From Candidatus Hodarchaeota archaeon (GTDB lineage Archaea; Asgardarchaeota; Heimdallarchaeia; Hodarchaeales; Hodarchaeaceae): a stretch of DNA of 42,680 nt. The notes beneath the pieces are model-generated. The model worked only from the letters and a program-made list of their open reading frames with translations. It was not told the origin of the DNA and searched no databases. Each line of letters starts with the position of its first letter. Position 1 is the stretch's first letter. The stretch covers positions 1-42,680 of the forward strand of contig JAEOTC010000153.1 in the NCBI GenBank assembly GCA_016840035.1. The letters run 5' to 3'. Positions 18,376 to 27,029 of this stretch are shown here, piece by piece. The position numbers and the translations under genes are program-made.

Positions 18376-19158
18376 TTAATCAGCAGAATAGGAAACCAAG
18401 GCCCCCCTTCCTTTTGAAGGAACCAGTACATAAAATGGTTTGTAATTCACAGACTCACTCTCCACTTTAGATTCGATTTCAAAATATGCGGTTTCAGGAT
18501 TATTATTATTTTCTGAAATATGAGTAATTATCGCAATCTTAGGTTTTGTTTCAATAATAAATTCTGCTGTATGCCAATTGGATAGATGGCCATTAGCACT
18601 TAAGATTCTCTCCTTTAATACATCCGAATAAGAACTGTGTAATAATTCGTCAAAAGAGTGATTAGCCTCGATGATTAAGATATCTAAATTTCTAAATCCA
18701 TCAAATAAATAAGGTGAAGTTTTTCCACAATCTAGAAGGATACCTATTTTTATATCTTTCTTTGAAAGCACATAAGAAATAGGATCAACCGCATCATGGG
18801 GGATCTCATAAGGAATGAAATCCACTGAACCAATGGTAAATTGTTCAGCGATTTCAATAAATTCAGTATCAATAGGCCCCGTTTTGGGACGAATTTTCTT
18901 ATAAGTCTCGTATGTTGTCCAACATTTAACCTGATGCTTTTTTGCTAATGTTTTCAACCCTCTAATATGATCAATATGTTCATGAGTCAACAAAATACCA
19001 GTAAGATGAGAAGGATTTGGCTCGTTTAATTCCTTGAGTAACTTCTCAATCTCCCGATTAGAAATTCCTGCATCAATTAGGAATCGATCATCATCAATTC
19101 GAATAAATATAGCATTACCTTTACTTGACCCTGCGAGAACACAAACCTTTACTTTCAT
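18376..19158 (-). CDS. YycJ/WalJ-like metallo-beta-lactamase-fold hydrolase
   Basis: LAGSSKGNA, LIDAG, THEHIDH, PHDA, EANH, GHLSN, HISENNN. Confidence 0.88.
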   Translation of the reverse strand: MKVKVCVLAGSSKGNAIFIRIDDDRFLIDAGISNREIEKLLKELNEPNPSHLTGILLTHEHIDHIRGLKTLAKKHQVKCWTTYETYKKIRPKTGPIDTEFIEIAEQFTIGSVDFIPYEIPHDAVDPISYVLSKKDIKIGILLDCGKTSPYLFDGFRNLDILIIEANHSFDELLHSSYSDVLKERILSANGHLSNWHTAEFIIETKPKIAIITHISENNNNPETAYFEIESKVESESVNYKPFYVLVPSKGRGALVSYSAD

Positions 19159-19181
19159 ATTATTAGCTCCAAGTTTTGGGA

Positions 19182-20117
19182 TTAGCTAGAGAACAAGTTG
19201 TTTGCATTCTCGAACAATATTAACCGTTTTTCAATCTCTGATAGAAGAGGACTATTTTGAATTACTCTTTTTGAGTGTTCCATTGAGGTTCCGTGAACTA
19301 CAGGATGATCAGAACCGAATAAAATCCTCTCAAAACCAAGTTCACGTAGTTTTGTAACTGTTTCAGGATCTTCAAGGGCATACGTGACTGCACTTGTGTC
19401 TAAATATACATTCGAATTTTCTTTAGCTATCTCTAGTGCAGAGTTTATCCAAGATTCGTCATCAGCTACCCCATAACCGCCTAAATGGGCAAAAATGATC
19501 TTAACTTTATTTTTCTTTATTATTTGTTTCCAAAAACGAGGGTGGGAGTATTGAACATATCTAAGGGTAGGAATCTCAAAAGGTCCCGGATCCTTTCCTG
19601 TATGAATTAAAATAGGCCAGTTATTCTTCGATGCAAATTTAAAAATACGATTGAGATTTTTATTCTTCTGAGGATGGAAAAATTGAAGAGTTGGGATCAA
19701 TTTAATACCTTTCAATCCTAAAGATAATATCTCTTCTAGTTTAGTACTTACATATTTTTTACCTTTACTTGGATTGACTGATCCAAATCCGATAAATCGA
19801 CTAGGATCGGAATTACATATATCTGCTACTAGTTGATTCGTTGTTGTCCCTGTCATTAGTATTTTAGTCATTGACTCCAAAAGTTGTTCTGGATTAATAA
19901 AATAGGAATACGCCCATAAATCATCAACTATTTCTTCACGAAGTTTTAAATTTGTATTTAATATTTCAGGTTCTAAATCTAATGCAAGAATAACGCCTTT
20001 TGTAATTCCAGAACGATTCATTTCATCAATCAATGAGTCATATGATATAACTGATCTAATTGGGTGAATATGAACATCAAAAACTTGAGAAACTGATGTT
20101 GGGGTTGGTTTATTCAT
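19182..20117 (-). CDS. Amidohydrolase_2 family protein
   Basis: DVHIH, FIGFGSVNP, GIKL.P, IHTG, AHLGG, NVYLDTS, ILFGSD.P. Confidence 0.9.
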   Translation of the reverse strand: MNKPTPTSVSQVFDVHIHPIRSVISYDSLIDEMNRSGITKGVILALDLEPEILNTNLKLREEIVDDLWAYSYFINPEQLLESMTKILMTGTTTNQLVADICNSDPSRFIGFGSVNPSKGKKYVSTKLEEILSLGLKGIKLIPTLQFFHPQKNKNLNRIFKFASKNNWPILIHTGKDPGPFEIPTLRYVQYSHPRFWKQIIKKNKVKIIFAHLGGYGVADDESWINSALEIAKENSNVYLDTSAVTYALEDPETVTKLRELGFERILFGSDHPVVHGTSMEHSKRVIQNSPLLSEIEKRLILFENANNLFSS

Positions 20118-20122
20118 AGACG

Positions 20123-20140
20123 ATTCAGTTTCAACTGAAT
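20123..20140. promoter_or_regulatory. Perfect inverted repeat ATTCAGTT-tc-AACTGAAT, candidate operator
   Basis: 8-bp arms with a 2-bp spacer, between the divergent amidohydrolase and GNAT genes. Confidence 0.35.
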
Positions 20141-20222
20141 GTGAACCATATTATTAGTTCTTTTATCTGGATGGTAAAAAATATAATTCTCATCTGAAAG
20201 TGATGGTTGGATCTGATTCCTA

Positions 20223-20843
20223 TTGGTACCAACTCAATCTGATCGGCCTTCGGTCAAAATGCGGCGAATTCTTTTTCGTAAGGACTCCACTGATCATGAA
20301 ATTATACAAAAGGAAAAAGGGCATAAATTTTATGTTTTAAAGATGTCTTGGGATCAGGCATGGTCGAAGGTGGACGAGGTACAAAAAATTATCAACCGTA
20401 GTGAGGATCTAAGGAATGTTAGTATCAGGAACTTAGATCCAGATAAAGATTCGGAGAAATTTATTCGAGTTTATAATCGAAGCTTTATCTCTGCTCCTGA
20501 TCCCTACCGTAGTTTATCCATTGAAGATTTCCGTCACTTTGATCCAGAATCTACTTTTGTTGCAGTCCTCTATGGTCAAATAGTGGGTTTTATTTACCTT
20601 ACAATAGAACCACTAATTAAAAACTCAATTGAAGTTGGAAAACAAGGAGTTATTGCAGGTCTTGGAGTTGAACCTCGTTATCGCAGACGTAAAATAGCCT
20701 TCTTACTTGTATCTAAAGCGGCAGAGTATTTTTCAGCGAACGAAGTTGATGAACTCATTTGTGAGGTATACCACAAAAATACGGTATCATACTCATTCAT
20801 CCAGAACTTCGGGATGACTCGTACCGGCACAATCTACCTCTAA
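20223..20843 (+). CDS. GNAT family acetyltransferase
   Basis: IVGFI, IAGLGVEPRYRRRKIA (motif A), EV...N..SYSF..NFG. Confidence 0.85.
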   Translation: MVPTQSDRPSVKMRRILFRKDSTDHEIIQKEKGHKFYVLKMSWDQAWSKVDEVQKIINRSEDLRNVSIRNLDPDKDSEKFIRVYNRSFISAPDPYRSLSIEDFRHFDPESTFVAVLYGQIVGFIYLTIEPLIKNSIEVGKQGVIAGLGVEPRYRRRKIAFLLVSKAAEYFSANEVDELICEVYHKNTVSYSFIQNFGMTRTGTIYL

Positions 20844-20967
20844 TATAATATTTTTCTTACTATGTTAATATGCGAATATATAAAAGGAATTAATGCTTAA
20901 TTGACCTGATTATATTCCTAGATTTCTAGAAAAAAATCATTCTAACAAATAGTTTGACCGTAGTTAA

Positions 20968-21411
20968 GTGAGAATTATGAATACAGGGAATCAAGAAAAG
21001 CGGACTGACAAAGAATTTGACGAAATTCCACATGTTCTTATTATTGATGACGAAGTAGATGCGGTAGAATTATTATCCCTAATATTATCAAAAAATGGAT
21101 TCACAACTGAAAGAACCTACAAAGCAGATGAGGCTAGGATACTACTCGAGAAAACAAAAAGATTACCTGATGTAATCGTTCTTGATGTAAAGTTACCTGG
21201 AACGGATGGAATAACTTTTTGCAAAGAATTACAATCAACTCCGCGGTACAGTGAAATTCCTGTAATATTAGTATCAGCAATGTGTTTTGAAAATGATATT
21301 GATCAAGGATTCGCTGCTGGGGCTAAAGATTATATCTTAAAACCATGGAGTAATCTAGACCTTGTGGAACGAATAAAACGTCAGGTTGCGGTAAAATATT
21401 CTGCAAACTGA
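20968..21411 (+). CDS. Single-domain response regulator receiver
   Basis: VLIIDDE, PDVIVLDVKLPGTDG, IPVILVSA, AGAKDYILKPW. Confidence 0.92.
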   Translation: MRIMNTGNQEKRTDKEFDEIPHVLIIDDEVDAVELLSLILSKNGFTTERTYKADEARILLEKTKRLPDVIVLDVKLPGTDGITFCKELQSTPRYSEIPVILVSAMCFENDIDQGFAAGAKDYILKPWSNLDLVERIKRQVAVKYSAN

Positions 21412-21423
21412 ATTGTAATTTAC

Positions 21424-22296
21424 TTATTCGATCTTAATTTCCACAATAATTTTAGTCAGAATATTGATTTTTTTTCTAAGTTTAGGAGAAATATTAACCT
21501 CATCAGTGTGACAGAGTGCTATATACTCCTCCAATAAAGTTAGAAACAAACGGGAAAAAGCCAAAGTTTCTTCATTCTTTTTAGAAAAAGCTATTAGACT
21601 TTCTGGTATGAAATTTGCATTCATTTCGTTGATAAAGATCATCGATTGATTTAAATTAGAATGAAGGGCATTAAATTCACTTGAACATAATACACCCATA
21701 TAGTCAGTATCGACGTAATATAAAGAGCCTCCTGCTTCTGCTCGTAAAAAGTGATTGTGATTATAATCTAATAGTATTAGCGCTTTAGAAGCGTGGAAGA
21801 GAAGATCAATCAGATGAAAAATGTCTTGTTTCTGCAAAAAATCACAAATTGGATAGAACAAAAAGGGTTGTAAAACTATTAATAATCTGGTAGATTCTAG
21901 AAAATACGTTTCAGGGTAATGTGCAGAGCCTAAGGCATCTATCAACTGTTCAATGCGAGTTTTATGGTGTTCTGCTAAGTTAAATGCCATATGGACATTC
22001 GATAAGGGTTTTTGATAGATTCTTATTGTGAAATAATCAGAATGCGAGTAGCTATTCGATATAAAATGCGGAGCGACTGTAATAACCGAATGAACAAGTC
22101 CAAACCCTGGACGAGTTACTTCATAGAATGTGTACTTTGATTTTTCTCTTTCTCTCTCCTCATGTAAATGAGAAAAATACGTCTCCAAAAGGGAAAAAAC
22201 TTCTTCTGGTGAAGCCTTGTTATTCCATGGCCAAGGAATTTCCCTTATTTTTACTGGAAAAGTAAACAAGGATGGTTTCATCGCTATGTGAATCAT
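21424..22296 (-). CDS. Protein-kinase-like fold protein, probably a pseudokinase
   Basis: PGFGLVH (Gly loop), FTIRIY (VAIK position), YPETY...LIVLQPFL (hinge), LLDYNHNHF (catalytic loop) and YYVDTD (DFG position), in kinase order. Confidence 0.5.
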   Translation of the reverse strand: MIHIAMKPSLFTFPVKIREIPWPWNNKASPEEVFSLLETYFSHLHEEREREKSKYTFYEVTRPGFGLVHSVITVAPHFISNSYSHSDYFTIRIYQKPLSNVHMAFNLAEHHKTRIEQLIDALGSAHYPETYFLESTRLLIVLQPFLFYPICDFLQKQDIFHLIDLLFHASKALILLDYNHNHFLRAEAGGSLYYVDTDYMGVLCSSEFNALHSNLNQSMIFINEMNANFIPESLIAFSKKNEETLAFSRLFLTLLEEYIALCHTDEVNISPKLRKKINILTKIIVEIKIE

Positions 22297-22403
22297 TTAA
22301 TTCCTTCATCTTAAGATTTTGTATTCAGAAGATACATGACAAAATTTTCCAGTACTTCTGGAGGAAAAACTATTCATAATTAAAAACAAACTCAATTATA
22401 ACT

Positions 22404-24392
22404 ATGGTAATAACCCGAAATGAGCTAGAGATTCCAAAAGATTTGAAGAAGAAGTTTGTTGAGATACGTAATCATTTAGCGGGAAATTTCAAGGGTATAA
22501 CTCAAGATAATGTCTTAGTGAAACAAGTTTTATTTCTATTATTTTGTAAAATTAATGATGAAATGGTTACTTCCCCTAGTAAACCAGTACAGTTCCAGAT
22601 TAATTTCCCTGATAACCAACCATTAATTGTACGAATAAATCGGTTATTTAATCAGCTCAAAGCAAAATTCGATACTATTTTCAATCCAAAAAACGACCAG
22701 TTAATTGTTGATGAAAGAAGTCTTCGAGTCATTGTATCTTTACTCGAGACCTATGCCATTAGTGAAGCTCCTAGAGATGCGATTGGAGATGCCATTGAGC
22801 AAATCCTGTTACCCTCACTTCGAGGTTCTCAAGGCCAATTCTTCACACCAAAAAACGTATCGGTTACGATGGCTCATATTTTGGATCCTAAAGAAGATGA
22901 AATGGTTATTGATCCTGCTTGTGGAGCAGGAGGATTCTTAATAAGCATCTTAGCTCTTCAGAATGGACCAAATTACAGTAAACTCTATGGAATAGATAAA
23001 GATGATTTTCTAGTAAAAATTTCGAAATTACAATTAGCTATTCTTAACTATCCAAACCCTAAAATCTTCTGTGAGAATTCTCTGGAACTTCCGGAACGGT
23101 GGGCTGAAAATAGTCGATCCTACTTGAAACCAGGACTGTTTGATCTTGTATTAACAAATCCTCCATTTGGGGCAAAAATCTCAATCTCTGAGCCATCAAT
23201 CCTAAACCAATATGATATGGGATATAAATGGCATAAACAGGACGATTGTTGGATTAAGGGAGATACTTTACGGGAGCGCCAACCACCACAGATTCTCTTT
23301 ATTGAGAGAAGTTTACAGTTTTTAAAACCAGGTGGTAAGATGGCAATTGTCCTACCTGAAGGTATTTTTGGTAATACAAGTGATCGGTACATAATTGAAT
23401 ATTTAATTGACAATTATAAGGTTCTGGCTGTCATCAGCTGTAGTTCTGTCGCTTTTGCACCTCATACCCACATTAAAACATCCCTTCTCTTTATAGAAAA
23501 GACGAAACAACAAGAAAATTATCCAATTTTCTTTGCAATTGCCCAGAATGTTGGCCACGATAAGGATGGCAAGGAAATCTATCAATTTGATGAATTAGGA
23601 AATTTGATTCTTGATCAGACTGGGAGAAGAACCCTCGTAGATGATCTTCCTATAATTGTTCAAAACTACCAATCCTTTTGTACCGGTCAGAGTCTTAATT
23701 ATTCCTCCCTAGGATTTATTCTTCACCGAGATAATCTAGTTGATAATATACTGATACCTGCTTATTATAATCCTAGTGTTAAGAGTAAATTAGAGGAATA
23801 TATGAAGAATGGAGGGTACCAGATTATCTCTATTGATGATCTTCTCGAGAGAAAAGTCCTTTCGATTACTCGGGGCCATGAAGTCGGAACGAAGGCATAC
23901 GGGACAGGAATAATTCCATTTGTAAGGACTAGCGATATTATAAATTTGGAAATTGATGTTAATCCTCTTAAACAAGTTAGTGAGGAAATATATCAACAAT
24001 ATAAGGAGAAACAAGATATTAGAGAGGGAGATATTCTAATAGTCAATGATGGAACTTTTCTCATTGGCCGAACAGCAATGATCACAAGACATGATGAAAA
24101 GTTAATAATCCAGAGTCACTTTCGTCGCCTTCGAATTCTTGTTGAGAATTCAATCCTTGATGAATATTTACTACTCTGGAGTTTGAATACCGATATCGTT
24201 CAAGAGCAAATTCGAGCAAAAACCTTTATTCAGGCAACAATCTCTACTCTCGGAGATAGATTAAAGGAAGTGGTTCTAGTCCTACCTTCCAATCCCACAG
24301 AAAAAAAGAGGATTGCCTCAGAACTTAAGACAATAATAAAACAAAAGCAATCACTGAAAAATCGTCTTAAACAACTTGTAAGTAGTATATAA
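22404..24392 (+). CDS. Type I-like N6-adenine DNA methyltransferase fused to one specificity (S/TRD) domain
   Basis: HsdM-like N-terminus LLFCKI.DE, GQFFTP, IDPACGAGGFL, VLTNPPFG, LKPGG.MAIVLPEG; C-terminal IPFVRTSDI...EGDILIV.DGT..IGRTA. Confidence 0.9.
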   Translation: MVITRNELEIPKDLKKKFVEIRNHLAGNFKGITQDNVLVKQVLFLLFCKINDEMVTSPSKPVQFQINFPDNQPLIVRINRLFNQLKAKFDTIFNPKNDQLIVDERSLRVIVSLLETYAISEAPRDAIGDAIEQILLPSLRGSQGQFFTPKNVSVTMAHILDPKEDEMVIDPACGAGGFLISILALQNGPNYSKLYGIDKDDFLVKISKLQLAILNYPNPKIFCENSLELPERWAENSRSYLKPGLFDLVLTNPPFGAKISISEPSILNQYDMGYKWHKQDDCWIKGDTLRERQPPQILFIERSLQFLKPGGKMAIVLPEGIFGNTSDRYIIEYLIDNYKVLAVISCSSVAFAPHTHIKTSLLFIEKTKQQENYPIFFAIAQNVGHDKDGKEIYQFDELGNLILDQTGRRTLVDDLPIIVQNYQSFCTGQSLNYSSLGFILHRDNLVDNILIPAYYNPSVKSKLEEYMKNGGYQIISIDDLLERKVLSITRGHEVGTKAYGTGIIPFVRTSDIINLEIDVNPLKQVSEEIYQQYKEKQDIREGDILIVNDGTFLIGRTAMITRHDEKLIIQSHFRRLRILVENSILDEYLLLWSLNTDIVQEQIRAKTFIQATISTLGDRLKEVVLVLPSNPTEKKRIASELKTIIKQKQSLKNRLKQLVSSI

Positions 24393-24402
24393 AAGATTAA
24401 AT

Positions 24403-25242
24403 TTATTCATTGCTTAATATTTTGTCTAATTGCCATCTCTTATTTTCGAGAACGGTAAATTCTTTTACTGAAATGTGTGAAAAAAGGTGGTTCGAATAAT
24501 TCAGATTTACATCTCGTACTGCTTTAAGGCATAAAGCTTTAGCCCACGTCTCAATACGCTTTATACGAGTAATACGTTCTAACGAGGCAAATTCCTGCCC
24601 ATAAAGTAATGTCTGATGTTTAATTTCAAAAATCTCTCTATCAGAATAGTTTGCAAAATTCATTTCAGAATTTAAAATTCGAATCAAAGTCGAAATTAAG
24701 GTTCTCGATGGAGTTTCTGACCGAACACTCCTCCATTTGTCTCTTAAATCGGGGTATAGTTTTAATAAATTCATACGCCATGTTCTCAACTTATGTTTAT
24801 TCAAATTGACCCCTAGTGCTTTATTAATTTCTTCTAAGGTGGAATCTAATAGTGTTAATCCTCGAAAAATTAATAATAAATCAATATATGCAAGATAGGC
24901 GTATAGGCGATCCTCCTCTAGTCTTACACATAATTCCTTAGCACTAGTTTTCTTGAATGTGTTCGTAATAACATCTAACCACTTAAGAGGAAAAAATTCT
25001 GCTAATCTACCCGCAATATTATGATTCATTTGAAATCGGTTGTCACAACCAGTTTCATCGTGTGTAATACAATTATGGATGTTTTTTAGTCGATAGAAAT
25101 GGCTGGGAACTTTATTATTAAACTGAATTAATGTTCCTAAGAACCAGTGTTCCTCTCTTTCTTGTGCGTTTTCACTTGACTTCCTGAATGACTCAAAAGA
25201 TGAATTTCCTTCAGGATTTTTATTTGGATACCCCAATACCAA
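24403..25242 (-). CDS. Hypothetical helical protein, possibly a divergent TFB/TFIIB-like cyclin-fold protein
   Basis: LGTLI...FYRLK.IH, STLEEI, WAKALCLKA and TVLENKRWQL loosely parallel TFB linker and core motifs; no zinc ribbon. Confidence 0.4.
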   Translation of the reverse strand: MVLGYPNKNPEGNSSFESFRKSSENAQEREEHWFLGTLIQFNNKVPSHFYRLKNIHNCITHDETGCDNRFQMNHNIAGRLAEFFPLKWLDVITNTFKKTSAKELCVRLEEDRLYAYLAYIDLLLIFRGLTLLDSTLEEINKALGVNLNKHKLRTWRMNLLKLYPDLRDKWRSVRSETPSRTLISTLIRILNSEMNFANYSDREIFEIKHQTLLYGQEFASLERITRIKRIETWAKALCLKAVRDVNLNYSNHLFSHISVKEFTVLENKRWQLDKILSNE

Positions 25243-25593
25243 CTCTCCAAGTTTTTTGATGGTTTATTCTTCGATATTATAAGCACCCCAAAACAATCTT
25301 ATAAGCCTTTCTTCTATATAAAAAGGGTTTATATATAGAGCCTTTGTTTATGGAAATTTATCAGTAATTAGTATAAAAACTGTATATTCAAGTTAATTTT
25401 CCAAAATTTAACCATACTATTTCAAAAATCCAAGAAAAAGAAGAACTGTGAATCCAAATTTAAATTTGTTCCTGTTTACCTCAAACAAAGTCAAAATTAA
25501 GATTTAGAAGGGAATTTTCTTTTCACTTAGCATACAAAAATACACTAATTCGAGATATGGAGTCGGAGGAATTGTGATAAGGAACGGTTAGAA

Positions 25594-26028
25594 TTGCTAA
25601 CAATCGACGATTATTCAGTAAAAGTAAGTATACCCATTGAATGGGGAGCTATGGACTCATTTGGGCATGTGAATAACACTAAATTCTTCAGATATTTTGA
25701 AACTGCACGGATCGAATATTTTACCAGAATTGGTTTTATTGAAGAAATGGAACGTTCTAAAGTTGGCCCTATTCTTGCTAGCACTTCAGCTAAATTCATT
25801 AAACCGTTATTTTATCCAGATAATATACAGGTTGGAACGCGTGTAAATAATCTCAATTCAAATAAATTCACTATGGATTATTTGATATATAGTGACAAAT
25901 CTGGTACTGTGGCCATTGGAGAAGCACTCATTGTAGTATTTAACTATGAGAGTTCTACAAAATCTCCAATACCCCCAAAAATCAGGAAAAACATTATCTC
26001 TCTCGAGCCAGATTTAAACCAGAAGTGA
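25594..26028 (+). CDS. Acyl-CoA thioesterase (4HBT/YbgC-FadM hotdog fold)
   Basis: W..MDSFGHVNN..FFRYFETARIEYF, GPILA, KPLFYPD. Confidence 0.92.
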   Translation: MLTIDDYSVKVSIPIEWGAMDSFGHVNNTKFFRYFETARIEYFTRIGFIEEMERSKVGPILASTSAKFIKPLFYPDNIQVGTRVNNLNSNKFTMDYLIYSDKSGTVAIGEALIVVFNYESSTKSPIPPKIRKNIISLEPDLNQK

Positions 26029-26050
26029 AGACTTCCCTACCAGAAAAGGA

Positions 26051-26953
26051 TTATTCTGGAAAATAGGAAAGTAAATCTGTCTGGTTTGGATCATTCTCTT
26101 TCAAAGCCTTAAGTGTGCTCAAATTTAATGGTTCTTCTGAAGCTTTGAGTGTATCATTACCTGATAATGTGAGGGTCGGTCCTGGAGCGTCCCGCTGGCA
26201 AATAAAACAATTCCAGGGAAACTCATCCATCTCTTCACCCCATTTAACCAGCTCACCTCTGACATAATTTGGTGAATTACATTCTCCACTTAGGTGACCA
26301 AATAAAAGTGCTTCTTTTTGTTCATGAATCTCATGTAATATACCAATAGTCTGATGATTGTCAAGATGAGATGCTCTTATCCTTCTTTTTAACCAAGTTG
26401 TTCTCCGCGACCGATATAAGGCTTGAATATCATGATTCATCTCTAAAAGAGTGATTGTTGATTTATTAATTGCATCCAGATGGTTGGGAAGAATGGTGCC
26501 TGTATCTGTAAGGATGGTAACTCCAATATCTTTATATTCAATATAGAATGCTGTTGATCCTACTACATCATGAACGGTTGGTAAAGCGTGTATACGGAAT
26601 GCACCAAATTCCAGCGGAATCTCTGAATCGACAACTTGAACTTTCTCGCTCTCGATCTTCCATCTGGTATCATACGGTTGAAATCTTAGAAAGCTATCAC
26701 GAGTTCCCTTGGAACTAATTATCGGTAAATTTAATGTTTCATTGATTATAGGTAAACCTCGACAATGATCAGTATGAGAGTGACTTATTAAAATTCCACG
26801 TATCTTTTCTCTTGAAATCTTAGTTTCGTTCATCAACTCAAACAATCGTTTTCGAGATATCCCTGCCTCTATTAACAACGCTCCATCTGGAGTTGATAGT
26901 ATCCCGCTATTCCCATTACTGCCACTAGCAAAAACTCTGAACTTAATTGTCAT
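26051..26953 (-). CDS. YycJ-like MBL-fold hydrolase/nuclease with a C-terminal PIP box
   Basis: FASGSNGN, SHSHTDH, HD, TDTG, EMNHD, HLDN, GHLS.ECN; ends QTDLLSYFPE. Confidence 0.85.
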   Translation of the reverse strand: MTIKFRVFASGSNGNSGILSTPDGALLIEAGISRKRLFELMNETKISREKIRGILISHSHTDHCRGLPIINETLNLPIISSKGTRDSFLRFQPYDTRWKIESEKVQVVDSEIPLEFGAFRIHALPTVHDVVGSTAFYIEYKDIGVTILTDTGTILPNHLDAINKSTITLLEMNHDIQALYRSRRTTWLKRRIRASHLDNHQTIGILHEIHEQKEALLFGHLSGECNSPNYVRGELVKWGEEMDEFPWNCFICQRDAPGPTLTLSGNDTLKASEEPLNLSTLKALKENDPNQTDLLSYFPE

Positions 26954-27029
26954 CGACCATCGATTTCCCTAACCAGATATCTCTGAAAAAGATTAAATAA
27001 GTGAAGTAACTTTAGAAAAGGGATGAATT

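Noticed and set aside
9436-24392. Defence island formed by the two MTases and the Mrr-like gene
   Set aside because: The genes are dispersed among housekeeping genes (gatDE, hydrolases), with no integrase, transposase or clearly active nuclease.
25243-25593. Longest intergenic region as a possible ncRNA, CRISPR array or origin
   Set aside because: AT-rich with TATA-like tracts but no repeats, cloverleaf or ORB-like motifs seen; consistent with divergent promoters.
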